From positions 50,356-114,355 of the IMG/VR virus record IMGVR_UViG_3300021952_000001: a stretch of 64,000 bases of DNA. One strand, 5' to 3'. Positions 50,695-60,357 of this stretch are shown here, piece after piece (the stretch's first letter is position 1; every line of letters starts with the position of its first letter). The notes beneath the pieces are model-generated. The model saw nothing but the letters and a program-made list of their open reading frames with translations. It did no database searches and was not told the DNA's origin. The DNA is from a virus (Duplodnaviria > Caudoviricetes). The position numbers and the translations under genes are program-made.

Positions 50695-51015
50695 ATGGCA
50701 CAACCTTTTGAACAACAGGTAGAAAAAGAATTAAAAAGCATGGACCAAAGATTGTACGATCTAGAGGAAAAAATGACTTCAATAGACACTAAACTAACAC
50801 AAGTAGTAGATGCTATTCTTGGTAATGCCCTTACCAAAAGCGGTGGCTTTGTTAAAGACATAGACGACCTTAAAGACAAAATAAAAATATTAGAAGATAA
50901 ACTTCAACAACAAGAAGATTTCAAAAAGAGATTTACATGGACCATTGGTATCATTGTAGCTACAGCTCTTGTTGTTCAATATTTTACTAACTTGTATACT
51001 AACCTTAATAAATAA
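50695..51015 (+). CDS. Coiled-coil protein with C-terminal TM helix (holin/antiholin-like)
   Basis: Heptad repeats then WTIGIIVATALVV. Confidence 0.5.
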   Translation: MAQPFEQQVEKELKSMDQRLYDLEEKMTSIDTKLTQVVDAILGNALTKSGGFVKDIDDLKDKIKILEDKLQQQEDFKKRFTWTIGIIVATALVVQYFTNLYTNLNK

Positions 51016-51018
51016 TAA

Positions 51019-51270
51019 ATGAAAAAGTTTTTCACAATGTTTGACGATGATAACACTATCAATGAAAAAAGTGTTATTGGATTTTTAGCATTTCTAGTGA
51101 TGGTGGTATTTGCATCATTTGATATCGTAACAGGATACTATGGTAAAGACTTGGTAATCAATGAATTCATTTTCAATGCATTCTTGTTTCTTTGCCTTGG
51201 AGCCTTTGGATTTGGTTCTGTAGATAAATTTATCAACTCTAAAAAAGATGATGAAGACACTGGCGAGTAG
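51019..51270 (+). CDS. Putative holin (2 TM)
   Basis: Two hydrophobic helices, charged C-terminus, in the operon leading to the endolysin. Confidence 0.55.
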   Translation: MKKFFTMFDDDNTINEKSVIGFLAFLVMVVFASFDIVTGYYGKDLVINEFIFNAFLFLCLGAFGFGSVDKFINSKKDDEDTGE

Positions 51271-51721
51271 TCTTTTTTTATTTTTGAGTGTAGTGGCTAC
51301 TGCTCAAGATATCACTATAGGATCCATCAAGAATAATATCGAGATGGGTCCTTTAGCTGGTAATAGAGACCTAGCCTTTGGAGTAAAAAATATTCTTGCA
51401 GAAGTGTTGCAAGAGAAGAACCTTGATTTGGTTCCTAATTCAAATAGAGTGCTCGAATTAGAGATGCTCTATTTTGATGTAAAGACTACCACAATGCAAC
51501 TAGCAGTTTATGGTAGCACAGAAGAAGTGACACAGATTATTGCACAGGCTAAATTGATTACAGATGGTAAAACATCAAAGCCTGTAGTAATAAAAGGTGA
51601 AGCTAAATCTATATCAGCCTCTACATTAGTTATTGATAAGGGAGGCAAATTTTCACAAACCAACGTTTCCTCAGCACTAAAGAAAGTGTGTGAGCAGTTA
51701 ATTGATAAATTAAAATTATGA
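51248..51721 (+). CDS. Exported protein, CsgG/LptE-like alpha/beta pattern
   Basis: Sec signal peptide (..ATA-Q); beta-alpha-beta-beta-beta-alpha pattern ending SSALKK as in 53955..54671. Confidence 0.45.
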   Translation: MMKTLASSLFLFLSVVATAQDITIGSIKNNIEMGPLAGNRDLAFGVKNILAEVLQEKNLDLVPNSNRVLELEMLYFDVKTTTMQLAVYGSTEEVTQIIAQAKLITDGKTSKPVVIKGEAKSISASTLVIDKGGKFSQTNVSSALKKVCEQLIDKLKL

Positions 51722-53313
51722 AGAAGCTATTAGCGTTGTTATTATTGCTACCTATGTTATCCTTTGGTCAAGTTATTATTGATCAAGTAGTGGTAGAACC
51801 AGGTCCATATAAAGTGGGTGATGTTATTACATTACAATATGTAGTGAATAATCAAGGATTAGATGTAAACTATTTATGGTTTAGATATCATTATTCAAAT
51901 AAACATTTGGAATTGGTACCAAACTCTACAACATTCTTACAAGGGAATTCTACACAAACATTCTATACTCACTGGGCAAACTATACTTACAATTATAATT
52001 CTACGATTGCTGTAGGAGATCTTTATGGTCAATATAGATATGGTATGAGTTATTCTCCAAATCCTGATTGGAATGTTGCACAAATTTCTGTACAAAGAAC
52101 AGATGCTCCTATATCAGGAGTGATTGCTACACAGAGATATACAATTAAAGATAATACATCATATCAACAAATACATAAACTACACGCAGCTTATGCAACA
52201 TTAAGAAATGGTCAAGCTGTATCTAATGTTGGATCTACTGTACTATGGTTGAATTTAAACAGTGTATCAAGACTTGTATCTAGTGTTAAGTTTAAAGTGG
52301 CATTTCCTGCTGGGTATGACATTACAAAACATGCTATACAAGTGATGGCTACAAATGCACAAGGAGTTGTTGATTGGACTACTAATCCACAACCAGTTGC
52401 TGTAGGACCATTAGATAGTGCTGGAGAATTCCTAACAGATAAAGTAGAGAAGAATAAACAATACCTAGTAATGGTAAATCCTGCATGGGGGCAAAATGTC
52501 CCTAGTAATATTATTACTGTTACAGATGCATATAAGGCATTCAAAGCAATTAATGATAGAGGTATTAATAATACAGATCCATACTTCTCTACAATATTAG
52601 AGAATAGGATTGCTAATGTTACACAGGACCAAAACTTTGATAGCCAAGATGCATATTACTTATTTGCCACAGTGATGGGTGTAGATCTTTCTGGTGTACA
52701 AGGATTATTACTTCCTACAACAGACATGACTAAACCTACTAAGTTCTTATCAGGATTTACATCTAGCTTTGCTAACCCAACTGGTCCAACAAATATTACA
52801 CCTACAGCAGATAATGAAGTCTATAATCTATCGTATGCATGGGCAGGAGATCTTGATTTCTCTCACTCCTCTCCACTATCAGTTTCTGGTACAACTAATA
52901 CAGCTGGTAAGCAACTTTCTGTATCTGGTATATCAGCTCAATTAACATCAACTACAGATACATCAATTAATACAGCATTAGTTAATGGTAAAGTGGTTGT
53001 AACAGTAGGATTAAATGCTACAGGTTTAGCTGGAGCTGAATATCAAATAGGATATGATGACAGCAAACTTACATTTGATAATGTAACATTTGATACAGGA
53101 AATACAATTTCAAACTTCTCTACACATAAAGAGAACATTATAACATTTGGATCAATAGATAAGACAGGAGCTTCTACAGTTAAACAAGGAACTCCTTACA
53201 AACTTATATTTACACCAAAAGCACAATTAACCAACACATCAGGATTAATATTCACCTACTTTGCAGAAGCTGTAGATACTAAAGCTAACAAAGTAATTTT
53301 AAATATACAATAA
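51718..53313 (+). CDS. Exported protein with cohesin-like domains and a dockerin-like Ca-binding segment
   Basis: Signal peptide (..SFG-Q); HYSNKHLELV and GAEYQIGYDDSKLTF cohesin-like motifs; ITVTDAY / ANVTQDQNFDSQDAY duplicated motif. Confidence 0.5.
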   Translation: MKKLLALLLLLPMLSFGQVIIDQVVVEPGPYKVGDVITLQYVVNNQGLDVNYLWFRYHYSNKHLELVPNSTTFLQGNSTQTFYTHWANYTYNYNSTIAVGDLYGQYRYGMSYSPNPDWNVAQISVQRTDAPISGVIATQRYTIKDNTSYQQIHKLHAAYATLRNGQAVSNVGSTVLWLNLNSVSRLVSSVKFKVAFPAGYDITKHAIQVMATNAQGVVDWTTNPQPVAVGPLDSAGEFLTDKVEKNKQYLVMVNPAWGQNVPSNIITVTDAYKAFKAINDRGINNTDPYFSTILENRIANVTQDQNFDSQDAYYLFATVMGVDLSGVQGLLLPTTDMTKPTKFLSGFTSSFANPTGPTNITPTADNEVYNLSYAWAGDLDFSHSSPLSVSGTTNTAGKQLSVSGISAQLTSTTDTSINTALVNGKVVVTVGLNATGLAGAEYQIGYDDSKLTFDNVTFDTGNTISNFSTHKENIITFGSIDKTGASTVKQGTPYKLIFTPKAQLTNTSGLIFTYFAEAVDTKANKVILNIQ

Positions 53314-53684
53314 TGAAAAGATTACTCATCCCAATTATATTGTTTACATTTATGTTTTCTTGTTCAGAGGTTGATAATGCAATTGTTGCTCCTTCATCTT
53401 CTGTTCCTGCAGAGTTAGGACTTAGCACTGTTGGTATTAAACTTGCTTCAAACTTTGTTACTGCAGAAGCACAGATGAATGTAAGACTAGAAGCAGCAGA
53501 TAAAGTGACAATTAAAATAGTTGACTTATCTGGTAAGACAGTTTCTTCAGAATCAGTAGATGCTAAAGCTGGAGATAACTTACTATCTGTATATACAAAA
53601 GCATTACCAAGAAGTTCATACGAGCTTCAATTATATAACTCAAACAATCAACAAATAGGTAAAACCTTAATTAATTTATTATGA
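53313..53684 (+). CDS. Lipoprotein consisting of a T9SS type-A C-terminal sorting-like domain
   Basis: Lipobox FMFSC; VTIKIVDLSGKTV...ALPRSSYELQL...KTLINL resembles the Por secretion tail. Confidence 0.6.
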   Translation: MKRLLIPIILFTFMFSCSEVDNAIVAPSSSVPAELGLSTVGIKLASNFVTAEAQMNVRLEAADKVTIKIVDLSGKTVSSESVDAKAGDNLLSVYTKALPRSSYELQLYNSNNQQIGKTLINLL

Positions 53685-53974
53685 GCGAAGAACAAGGAGG
53701 AAACTCAATCAAGAACATCCTTATAGGATTGGCAAGTACAATTACAGTGGCTGTAGGTGGATTTGTAACAACTAAGTTAAATGGTGAAGATAAAGAAGAA
53801 GCTAAGCAAGAAGTTGCAGCTCCTGCACCTGCTCCAGTAATTAATATTACAAACACTAACCAACAAAAGCAACAACAAGCTGCTCCAGGTAAAACTGTAA
53901 TCATTAAAGAAAAAGCTGCACCAGCTACTCAACCAGCACCAGAAAAAAAGAAAAATGAAGAAGAGCCTTGGTAG
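53681..53974 (+). CDS. Membrane-anchored low-complexity protein
   Basis: N-terminal TM helix then a P/A/Q/K-rich tail. Confidence 0.55.
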   Translation: MSEEQGGNSIKNILIGLASTITVAVGGFVTTKLNGEDKEEAKQEVAAPAPAPVINITNTNQQKQQQAAPGKTVIIKEKAAPATQPAPEKKKNEEEPW

Positions 53975-54671
53975 TCTATTATTCTTAGTAACAAGTATTG
54001 CTTGTGGCCAAGTGATTGGTAAAACTGTCACTGAAGATTATCAAGCAGGATTTGAAGGAAAAGAATCTGTTTACACTCTACCTGAATATAATGGCAAACC
54101 TATTCCTGTAGCACTTCTTGACATTGGTGTGTCTAAAGAAGTGATTGAACAGTATCCAGAACTTGGAGATTATAGAATAGGACTTGGTCTTACTAATATT
54201 GTTGTAGCATACTTAGAAGAAACATTCAGATTTGAATTCGTTGAGACTAAGAATGATATTAAACAAAGAATGATTACTCAATATAAAGCATCTCAGAAGG
54301 GTATATCAACAGAAAAGATAGAACTGAAAGGAAACATTGTATTGGCTAAATACTTCTGTTATATCGAGGTTTATGACTTCTCTATTTCAGAAGATGAAAC
54401 AATCAATCTTAAAGATGGTGTAAAGAATAAACTAGTAACTAGACTAGGACTACAAGTTAAGATGGTGGATGCACAATCTGGAACTTATATGACTGGATCT
54501 GGACTAGGTAAATCTATTACAACTAGAGAACTTACACTTATGAATAATGATAATGTTGATGAGGTGAAGTTTAATCAATCTAGTATAGGTACATCAACAA
54601 AGAAAGCATTAGAAAGTGCTACAGCCAAAGTGGTGAAGCGAATGATACAAAAACAAATCTTTACAAATTAA
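53955..54671 (+). CDS. CsgG-like exported protein
   Basis: Signal peptide; GLTNIVVAYL...RFEFVE...; LGLQVKMVDAQSG resembles the CsgG/TolB_N VRLVDxxTG motif. Confidence 0.65.
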   Translation: MKKSLGSLLFLVTSIACGQVIGKTVTEDYQAGFEGKESVYTLPEYNGKPIPVALLDIGVSKEVIEQYPELGDYRIGLGLTNIVVAYLEETFRFEFVETKNDIKQRMITQYKASQKGISTEKIELKGNIVLAKYFCYIEVYDFSISEDETINLKDGVKNKLVTRLGLQVKMVDAQSGTYMTGSGLGKSITTRELTLMNNDNVDEVKFNQSSIGTSTKKALESATAKVVKRMIQKQIFTN

Positions 54672-54687
54672 AAAGATAATATTTATA

Positions 54688-55950
54688 TTGTTCTTGTTTA
54701 TTGGAATAAGTGCTAGCAGTCAAACTGTAACACAAACTTATTACGATAAATGCACTGGAGAGATGAAAGTATTTACTATTCCTCTTCAGGGATCCACTGT
54801 AATTATGTTTTACAATAGAAGTAAAGCATTTACAGCAGCTGATGTACAGTCAGGAGCATTACAGATTTGGTTGGAAGAAACATACACTTGGTGGACTACA
54901 TATAATCCATGTTCTGTAGCACAAGCTACTCAAACTGTAGTTCAACAAACAGCAACACAAGCTACTCAAGCTGCTACATCAGCAGCAACAGCAGCTGCAT
55001 CAAGTGCTATTAATATTCCAGCTCCTCCTCCTCCACCTGCACCAGTAGCAGCTGCACCACCACCTCCTGCTTCTAGTAGTTCATCTTCTAGTAGTTCTGA
55101 AACTAAAACAGAATCAAAGTCTGAAACAAAGACAGAGACTAAATCAGAAGAGAAGAAAGAAGAATCTAAACAAGAGACTAAGAAAGAAGAAAAAAAGGAA
55201 GAGAAAAAAGAAGAGAAGAAAGAAGAGAAAAAGGAAGACAAGAAAAAGCAACAAGCTGTACAACCTGTACTCATTGCTGCTAATTATATGACCATGCAAA
55301 ACCTTGATGGATCCTTTAACCAGGTAGCATCATTTGGATTGTCTAGAAGTTCATTGACAGGAGCAACATCTTATAGTGCAAATACAATGATATGGAGTAA
55401 CCTTAAGCAGTTCTCTTTATCTCTATCTAAAACAACTCTATTGTTTAATTATGATAGAAAGGTGCCTATAAAATTTGGTAATGATGTTGTAGGTTATACA
55501 TATCATAAAGGAAGTATATATAAGATTACAGGACTTAGCTTAACAGCTATGTTGATGTTTAATACTAAAGTGGTATCTATAGGAATGAATGATGTATTCC
55601 TATTAAAGAAAGGAATGGTGTTTGGATATGCCCTTGGAGGTACATTCATTAATATGGAAAAAGATGTAATGATGTCACCATCACTTACAACCTTTATAAC
55701 AAGACCATTTCCATTTAAAAGATATACAATATCTCCTATGGTGGCAGTATCATCATCACCTATGAGTTATACAACAGCTACAAATAAATTTACATACAGC
55801 GAATATGTTACATTCATTATGGGAAGCAATTTTGACTTCAATCTTACGCAAAGGTTCAAAGCGAACTTAGGAATAAATACAATCGGTAATACAAATAAAG
55901 ACATACCTATGACTTATGCAATAACAATAGGTAGTAAAATCAAACTTTAA
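54688..55950 (+). CDS. Putative outer-membrane beta-barrel with P/S/KKEE low-complexity linker
   Basis: Signal peptide, PPPP/SSSS/(KKEE)n linker, alternating amphipathic strands in the C-terminal half; true start uncertain. Confidence 0.5.
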   Translation: MFLFIGISASSQTVTQTYYDKCTGEMKVFTIPLQGSTVIMFYNRSKAFTAADVQSGALQIWLEETYTWWTTYNPCSVAQATQTVVQQTATQATQAATSAATAAASSAINIPAPPPPPAPVAAAPPPPASSSSSSSSSETKTESKSETKTETKSEEKKEESKQETKKEEKKEEKKEEKKEEKKEDKKKQQAVQPVLIAANYMTMQNLDGSFNQVASFGLSRSSLTGATSYSANTMIWSNLKQFSLSLSKTTLLFNYDRKVPIKFGNDVVGYTYHKGSIYKITGLSLTAMLMFNTKVVSIGMNDVFLLKKGMVFGYALGGTFINMEKDVMMSPSLTTFITRPFPFKRYTISPMVAVSSSPMSYTTATNKFTYSEYVTFIMGSNFDFNLTQRFKANLGINTIGNTNKDIPMTYAITIGSKIKL

Positions 55951-55961
55951 AACAATAAACA

Positions 55962-56576
55962 ATGAGTAAAATTTCAGAATTTCAAGCAGCTAACGGATTA
56001 ACAGCTGATGGTATTTTAGGTAAAGGTTCATTTGCAAAAATGAAAGAATTATGGGGTGTAACAGATGAGCAATTGGCTCACATCTTAGGACAAGTTTCAC
56101 ACGAATCAAACAACTTCACAGCAGAAAGAGAAAACTTAAACTATGGAGCTAAAGGATTAATGACTATCTTCAAGAAATATTTTCCTACAGAAGCATTAGC
56201 TAAGGCTTATGAAAGACAACCAGAGAAGATTGCTAACAAAGTATATGCATCTAGAATGGGTAATGGAGATGAAAAATCTGGAGATGGATGGAAATATAGA
56301 GGTGCTGGTGGTATTCAAACTACAGGTAAGGATAACTTCAAAGCATTCTCTGATTATATTAAGGAAGACTGTGTAGCTCATCCAGAACTAGTAGGTTCTA
56401 AATACTATTTAGATAGTGCTGTATTCTTCTTCAAAAAGAATGGTATTCTTCCATTATGTACAGTGGTGAATTCAGAAGCAATTACAAAGGTTACTAAACG
56501 TGTAAACGGTGGTGTAATTGGATTAGAAGATCGTGTTACAAGAACAAACAATTTCTACAAACAAATTAAAGGATAG
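55962..56576 (+). CDS. Endolysin, GH19 family, with N-terminal peptidoglycan-binding remnant
   Basis: FQAANGLTADGILG; HES, ENLNY, GDGWKYRG.G.IQ.TG..N, VNGG..GL.DR. Confidence 0.92.
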   Translation: MSKISEFQAANGLTADGILGKGSFAKMKELWGVTDEQLAHILGQVSHESNNFTAERENLNYGAKGLMTIFKKYFPTEALAKAYERQPEKIANKVYASRMGNGDEKSGDGWKYRGAGGIQTTGKDNFKAFSDYIKEDCVAHPELVGSKYYLDSAVFFFKKNGILPLCTVVNSEAITKVTKRVNGGVIGLEDRVTRTNNFYKQIKG

Positions 56577-56578
56577 TT

Positions 56579-56887
56579 ATGAACTTCATCAAAAACCAAT
56601 GGTTAGCTGGAGTTATCATCATCATTTGGATCATTGCCTCATTACATAGTAACATCAATAATGATAAGTTACTAGATGAGGCAAATCATCTAAAGGTTGA
56701 GGTTGATAGCTTACAGGATATATCAGCACAGAAAGCAAAACAGATAGATAGCCTATCAAAGGTGGACACTATTATAGTGGACAAAATAAAAACCATTAAA
56801 GAAAAAGAATATGTTGAAAAGAAAGTTATTGATAGTCTGCCTATTAGTGGGCTTCAGCAGTTTTTCACAGACCGTTACGAAAGATAG
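56579..56887 (+). CDS. Putative i-spanin (Rz-like)
   Basis: N-terminal TM helix + coiled coil directly after the endolysin. Confidence 0.55.
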   Translation: MNFIKNQWLAGVIIIIWIIASLHSNINNDKLLDEANHLKVEVDSLQDISAQKAKQIDSLSKVDTIIVDKIKTIKEKEYVEKKVIDSLPISGLQQFFTDRYER

Positions 56888-57281
56888 TGTTGTAGTATTA
56901 ACTGAGAAACAAGCTAGAGCTATTGCTAAAGATCTTGTTAGTTATGATGCTTTGAAACAGATAGCTGCTCTCCAGAGTGAGAGAATTAACAATTTTCAAC
57001 AGAAAGAAAAATTATTTGGAGAACAACTATCTATCAAAGACACAATTATAGTGAAGCAAATGTCTATCATCGATAAACAAAATGCTGTATTAAACAATTT
57101 ACATAAGATTCATATACATGGGTATGCTGGAATTAAGACAGCATCCTTTGATTTCTCACAACCATCAGCACATGCTAATGTAGTATTAGAGTATAAGAAA
57201 TGGATAGCAGGTGCTATTTATACAGTGAAACAAAACACCCCATCAACAATGGGATTATTAATTGAATACAAATTATTTTAA
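56811..57281 (+). CDS. Putative outer-membrane spanin partner (non-lipoprotein)
   Basis: Overlaps the Rz-like gene; Sec signal, coiled coil, C-terminal amphipathic strands ending YKLF. Confidence 0.45.
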   Translation: MLKRKLLIVCLLVGFSSFSQTVTKDSVVVLTEKQARAIAKDLVSYDALKQIAALQSERINNFQQKEKLFGEQLSIKDTIIVKQMSIIDKQNAVLNNLHKIHIHGYAGIKTASFDFSQPSAHANVVLEYKKWIAGAIYTVKQNTPSTMGLLIEYKLF

Positions 57282-57284
57282 ACC

Positions 57285-57428
57285 ATGGCAAAAGCAAAAT
57301 CAATACAGGCTACAGAGAAAAAGGTAAAAATTAAAGTGGCAAGACCAGGAGTTCATGCTAAAACTAAAACCTCTCAACTAAAATCATCAAAAAAGTATAA
57401 AAAGCTTTATCGAGGACAAGGAAAATAA
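57285..57428 (+). CDS. 47-aa basic protein ending YRGQGK (not in ORF track)
   Basis: MAKAKSIQATEKKVKIKVARPGVHAKTKTSQLKSSKKYKKLYRGQGK. Confidence 0.7.
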   Translation: MAKAKSIQATEKKVKIKVARPGVHAKTKTSQLKSSKKYKKLYRGQGK

Positions 57429-57483
57429 TCTTTTTGATTATTTTAATTTATTTATAATCACACAGTTCTATTGAAAATTATTA

Positions 57484-57491
57484 TATTTTTG
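57484..57491 (+). promoter_or_regulatory. Bacteroidota -7 box
   Basis: TATTTTTG upstream of 57515; 9-bp inverted repeat at 57422-57444. Confidence 0.45.
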
Positions 57492-57514
57492 TAGAACATT
57501 AAATTTTTTTAACT

Positions 57515-58306
57515 ATGGCAATACCATCTAAACAAATAGGTTGGGGAACAGAAGAAAATCTGTTGTGGCAAATCTCTAAGCAATTAGAGACTTTGACCAA
57601 TGTCACATATAATATAGGTAAAATAACTAGTACTACTTCTACTAGTACAAGTACAACAACCACTACAACTACAGTAGCACCTGGACCAGGTAATGTTGGA
57701 ATTGCTGCTAGTACAGATTTTGATATTGTAGGAGATTTTACTATTGAAATGTTTGTAAACTTATCTAACTTAAATGGTTTTCCACGTCCATATAGCTTTG
57801 GTGCTTATCCAGCTCCTAATGCAATATCAATAGAAGGTGGTCAGTTATATTTTTGGGCAAATAATGGTGCATTAATTAATGGTGCATTTGAACCTAATGT
57901 AGGACAATGGTACCATTTATGTGTAATTGGATCTGGATCTACAGCTTATATGTTAATTGATGGATTCCAAGTTGCAAGCTCTCCTTATTCAGGAAGTATT
58001 TCTAGTCAAGGACTTCCATTAACTATTGGAGATGGTAATGAACCTGATTCTTCATTTAATGGATTAATGAGTAACTTTAGATGGAATAATACAGCTGTAT
58101 ATGATCCAGCTGGATTTACAGTACCAACAAGTACACTTCCTAATATCAGTGGTGATGTATTGTTAATTTTCCAAGGAACTAATTTACCAATGGAATTATC
58201 TGATCTTAGTGGAAATGGACATAATGCTACAAATTCTGGAGCAACTTATTCTACAGAAAATCCATTTGCAGCAACAGAAGGATCATTACAAATGGGAACA
58301 ATTTAA
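57515..58306 (+). CDS. Head-fibre-like protein: conserved N-anchor, Thr/Ser tract, LamG/concanavalin-like domain
   Basis: GDFTIEMFV, QWYHL, F.G.MSNFR...AVY LamG pattern. Confidence 0.7.
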   Translation: MAIPSKQIGWGTEENLLWQISKQLETLTNVTYNIGKITSTTSTSTSTTTTTTTVAPGPGNVGIAASTDFDIVGDFTIEMFVNLSNLNGFPRPYSFGAYPAPNAISIEGGQLYFWANNGALINGAFEPNVGQWYHLCVIGSGSTAYMLIDGFQVASSPYSGSISSQGLPLTIGDGNEPDSSFNGLMSNFRWNNTAVYDPAGFTVPTSTLPNISGDVLLIFQGTNLPMELSDLSGNGHNATNSGATYSTENPFAATEGSLQMGTI

Positions 58307-58318
58307 AAATATAATATA

Positions 58319-58927
58319 ATGGCAATACCAGCAAAACAAATAGGACAAAGTCAACAATCAAATCTGCTTTGGAATATATCTAAACAATTAGAAAATTTAA
58401 TTAAGGTGACATCAAAAGTTTCTGTATCTGGAAATCCATCTACTCCTACAGGAATTCCATTTGAATGGTATCCACCTGCAGGATTAACAAATGATGGTGC
58501 TAAGTTTACTTACACAGATGGTGTAGAGTTAATCTCTTATCACATTAAAGGTATTATGCCTATTAATAGTAGTGGTAATGGATTTGGACAATATTTATGC
58601 ACTGTAAACTTCGGTACTCAACAACCTTTCTATTTCCCTGGAGATATTACAGGTTCTTTTCAAGTTACAGTTGATAATAACATTATTAACACACCATTAG
58701 CAAATGGTGCTGTATTGAGTTTAGCTGGTGGTGGTACCACTACTATTTCTGACTTTGCATTATATTTATATCCATATGAAAATCCTCAAGGAAATGGAGA
58801 ATACTGGTATGCTCTTGTAGCATCAGCTAATACAGCTGATAGTGGAGATATATCTGCATTAATGTCATATGACTTTGAGTTTTTATTACCAAACTTTGTT
58901 CAATCACCAACTATATTCCAAGACTAA
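58319..58927 (+). CDS. Paralogous fibre-like protein with the same N-anchor
   Basis: MAIP.KQIG.....NLLW.ISKQLE.L..VT shared with 57515..58306. Confidence 0.6.
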   Translation: MAIPAKQIGQSQQSNLLWNISKQLENLIKVTSKVSVSGNPSTPTGIPFEWYPPAGLTNDGAKFTYTDGVELISYHIKGIMPINSSGNGFGQYLCTVNFGTQQPFYFPGDITGSFQVTVDNNIINTPLANGAVLSLAGGGTTTISDFALYLYPYENPQGNGEYWYALVASANTADSGDISALMSYDFEFLLPNFVQSPTIFQD

Positions 58928-58929
58928 TC

Positions 58930-59025
58930 ATGGCAAATCATTTTCCTAACACACAAGCTCCAGAGCCTAAATCTGAAGAAGTAAAAGCTATCTTAGAAAA
59001 AGTAAAAGAAGCTAAAACTAATTAA
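58930..59025 (+). CDS. 31-aa hypothetical protein (not in ORF track)
   Basis: MANHFPNTQAPEPKSEEVKAILEKVKEAKTN; fills the intergenic gap. Confidence 0.45.
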   Translation: MANHFPNTQAPEPKSEEVKAILEKVKEAKTN

Positions 59026-59060
59026 TGCACATCATTAAAAACTAATAAACCAACTACATA

Positions 59061-60077
59061 ATGAGAGATTTAAAATTCATTCAGGCTTGTCCTGATGACG
59101 CATATTACACTTGGCAAGTGCATTTGTGGCTAGAGAGTCTTAGAAACATAGGACAGTCTGATAAGGCTATATCCTTGATCTTTACTCCTAAGAATAGAGA
59201 AGTTAATCAAAAATGGAAACAAGTAATGGACTTGTATCCAGAAGCAGAGTTTCATTTCTATAAAGATGTTGATAATGTAAGTGATCTATTAGGAATCTAT
59301 ATTCCTATTCTACGTCCTTACGTCCTTTGGAAACATTTCAAAGAGCATCCAGAATTAAAAGATAAAGCTATCTTCTATTGTGATTCAGATATTCTGTTTA
59401 CAAAAGATTTCAATGTTGATCAGTTCTTAGAAGATGAAATATGTTATCTCTCAGATACAAATAGTTATATAAACGCATCCTACTTTGATAGTAAGGTGCA
59501 TCAAGTGCTTCCAGAGAAGCTTGAAGATTACAAGAACAGAGATGTTCTTGGAGAATTAACAAGTGTTATTGGAATCAACAGAGAAATCTGTGAAGCTAAT
59601 AATTTAAATTCAGGAGGAGCACAATATCTTTTAAAGAATGTAGATGCTTATTTCTGGAGTAAGGTGATGAATGATTGCATTATCATTAGAACATACCTTC
59701 AGAATATAAACAGAGAGTATTTTAAAGATGAGAATTCAGGATACCAAAGCTGGTGTGCTGATATGTGGGCTGTTCTTTGGAACCTTTGGGCTAGAGAACA
59801 AGAAACTAAAGTGGTTAAAGAACTAGACTTTGCTTGGGCAACTGATCCAATTTCTAGATTAGAAACAACATCTATTCTGCATAATGCAGGAATAGCTGCC
59901 ACACAACAAGATGGACACTCTTGTTTCTATAAAGGTAAATACCATATGGGACAAGATCCAACTAAAGATCATCATTTGAACATTGTGTTGAATGATGAGA
60001 AATCAAAACAATTTTGTACATGGCATTATGCCAACGAATTAAAGAAATTATCAAACAAATATAACCTTAATTACTAA
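59061..60077 (+). CDS. GT-A glycosyltransferase resembling peptidyl-serine galactosyltransferase / Hyp O-arabinosyltransferase (GT96/GT95-like)
   Basis: YYTWQ..LWLESL...GQ, RPYVL, DxD in YCDSDILF, GGAQY, SWCADMWA. Confidence 0.65.
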   Translation: MRDLKFIQACPDDAYYTWQVHLWLESLRNIGQSDKAISLIFTPKNREVNQKWKQVMDLYPEAEFHFYKDVDNVSDLLGIYIPILRPYVLWKHFKEHPELKDKAIFYCDSDILFTKDFNVDQFLEDEICYLSDTNSYINASYFDSKVHQVLPEKLEDYKNRDVLGELTSVIGINREICEANNLNSGGAQYLLKNVDAYFWSKVMNDCIIIRTYLQNINREYFKDENSGYQSWCADMWAVLWNLWAREQETKVVKELDFAWATDPISRLETTSILHNAGIAATQQDGHSCFYKGKYHMGQDPTKDHHLNIVLNDEKSKQFCTWHYANELKKLSNKYNLNY

Positions 60078-60081
60078 TAAC

Positions 60082-60354
60082 ATGGCAAATCAGAGAGATC
60101 TTAAAGCATTTGTCCGCTACGATGGTAGTGGAAGAGTTGTCGCAGGCAGCTTAGTTCTGAGAAAAAAGAAACCTAAAGTAGGTAGATGGCAAGAAATTTT
60201 AACGTATGAGTGTTGTAATCCTACAACTACCACTACAACCACTGCTGCTCCTACCACAACTACTACAAGTAGTTCAACTAGTACATCAACTTCTACAAGT
60301 ACTTCTACATCAACTAGTACTTCTACAACCACAACAACTACTACAACAGTATAA
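60082..60354 (+). CDS. Small virion-like protein: conserved N-module + pure Thr/Ser tail
   Basis: About half of the 90 aa is a Thr/Ser tract. Confidence 0.7.
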   Translation: MANQRDLKAFVRYDGSGRVVAGSLVLRKKKPKVGRWQEILTYECCNPTTTTTTTAAPTTTTTSSSTSTSTSTSTSTSTSTSTTTTTTTTV

Positions 60355-60357
60355 TAG

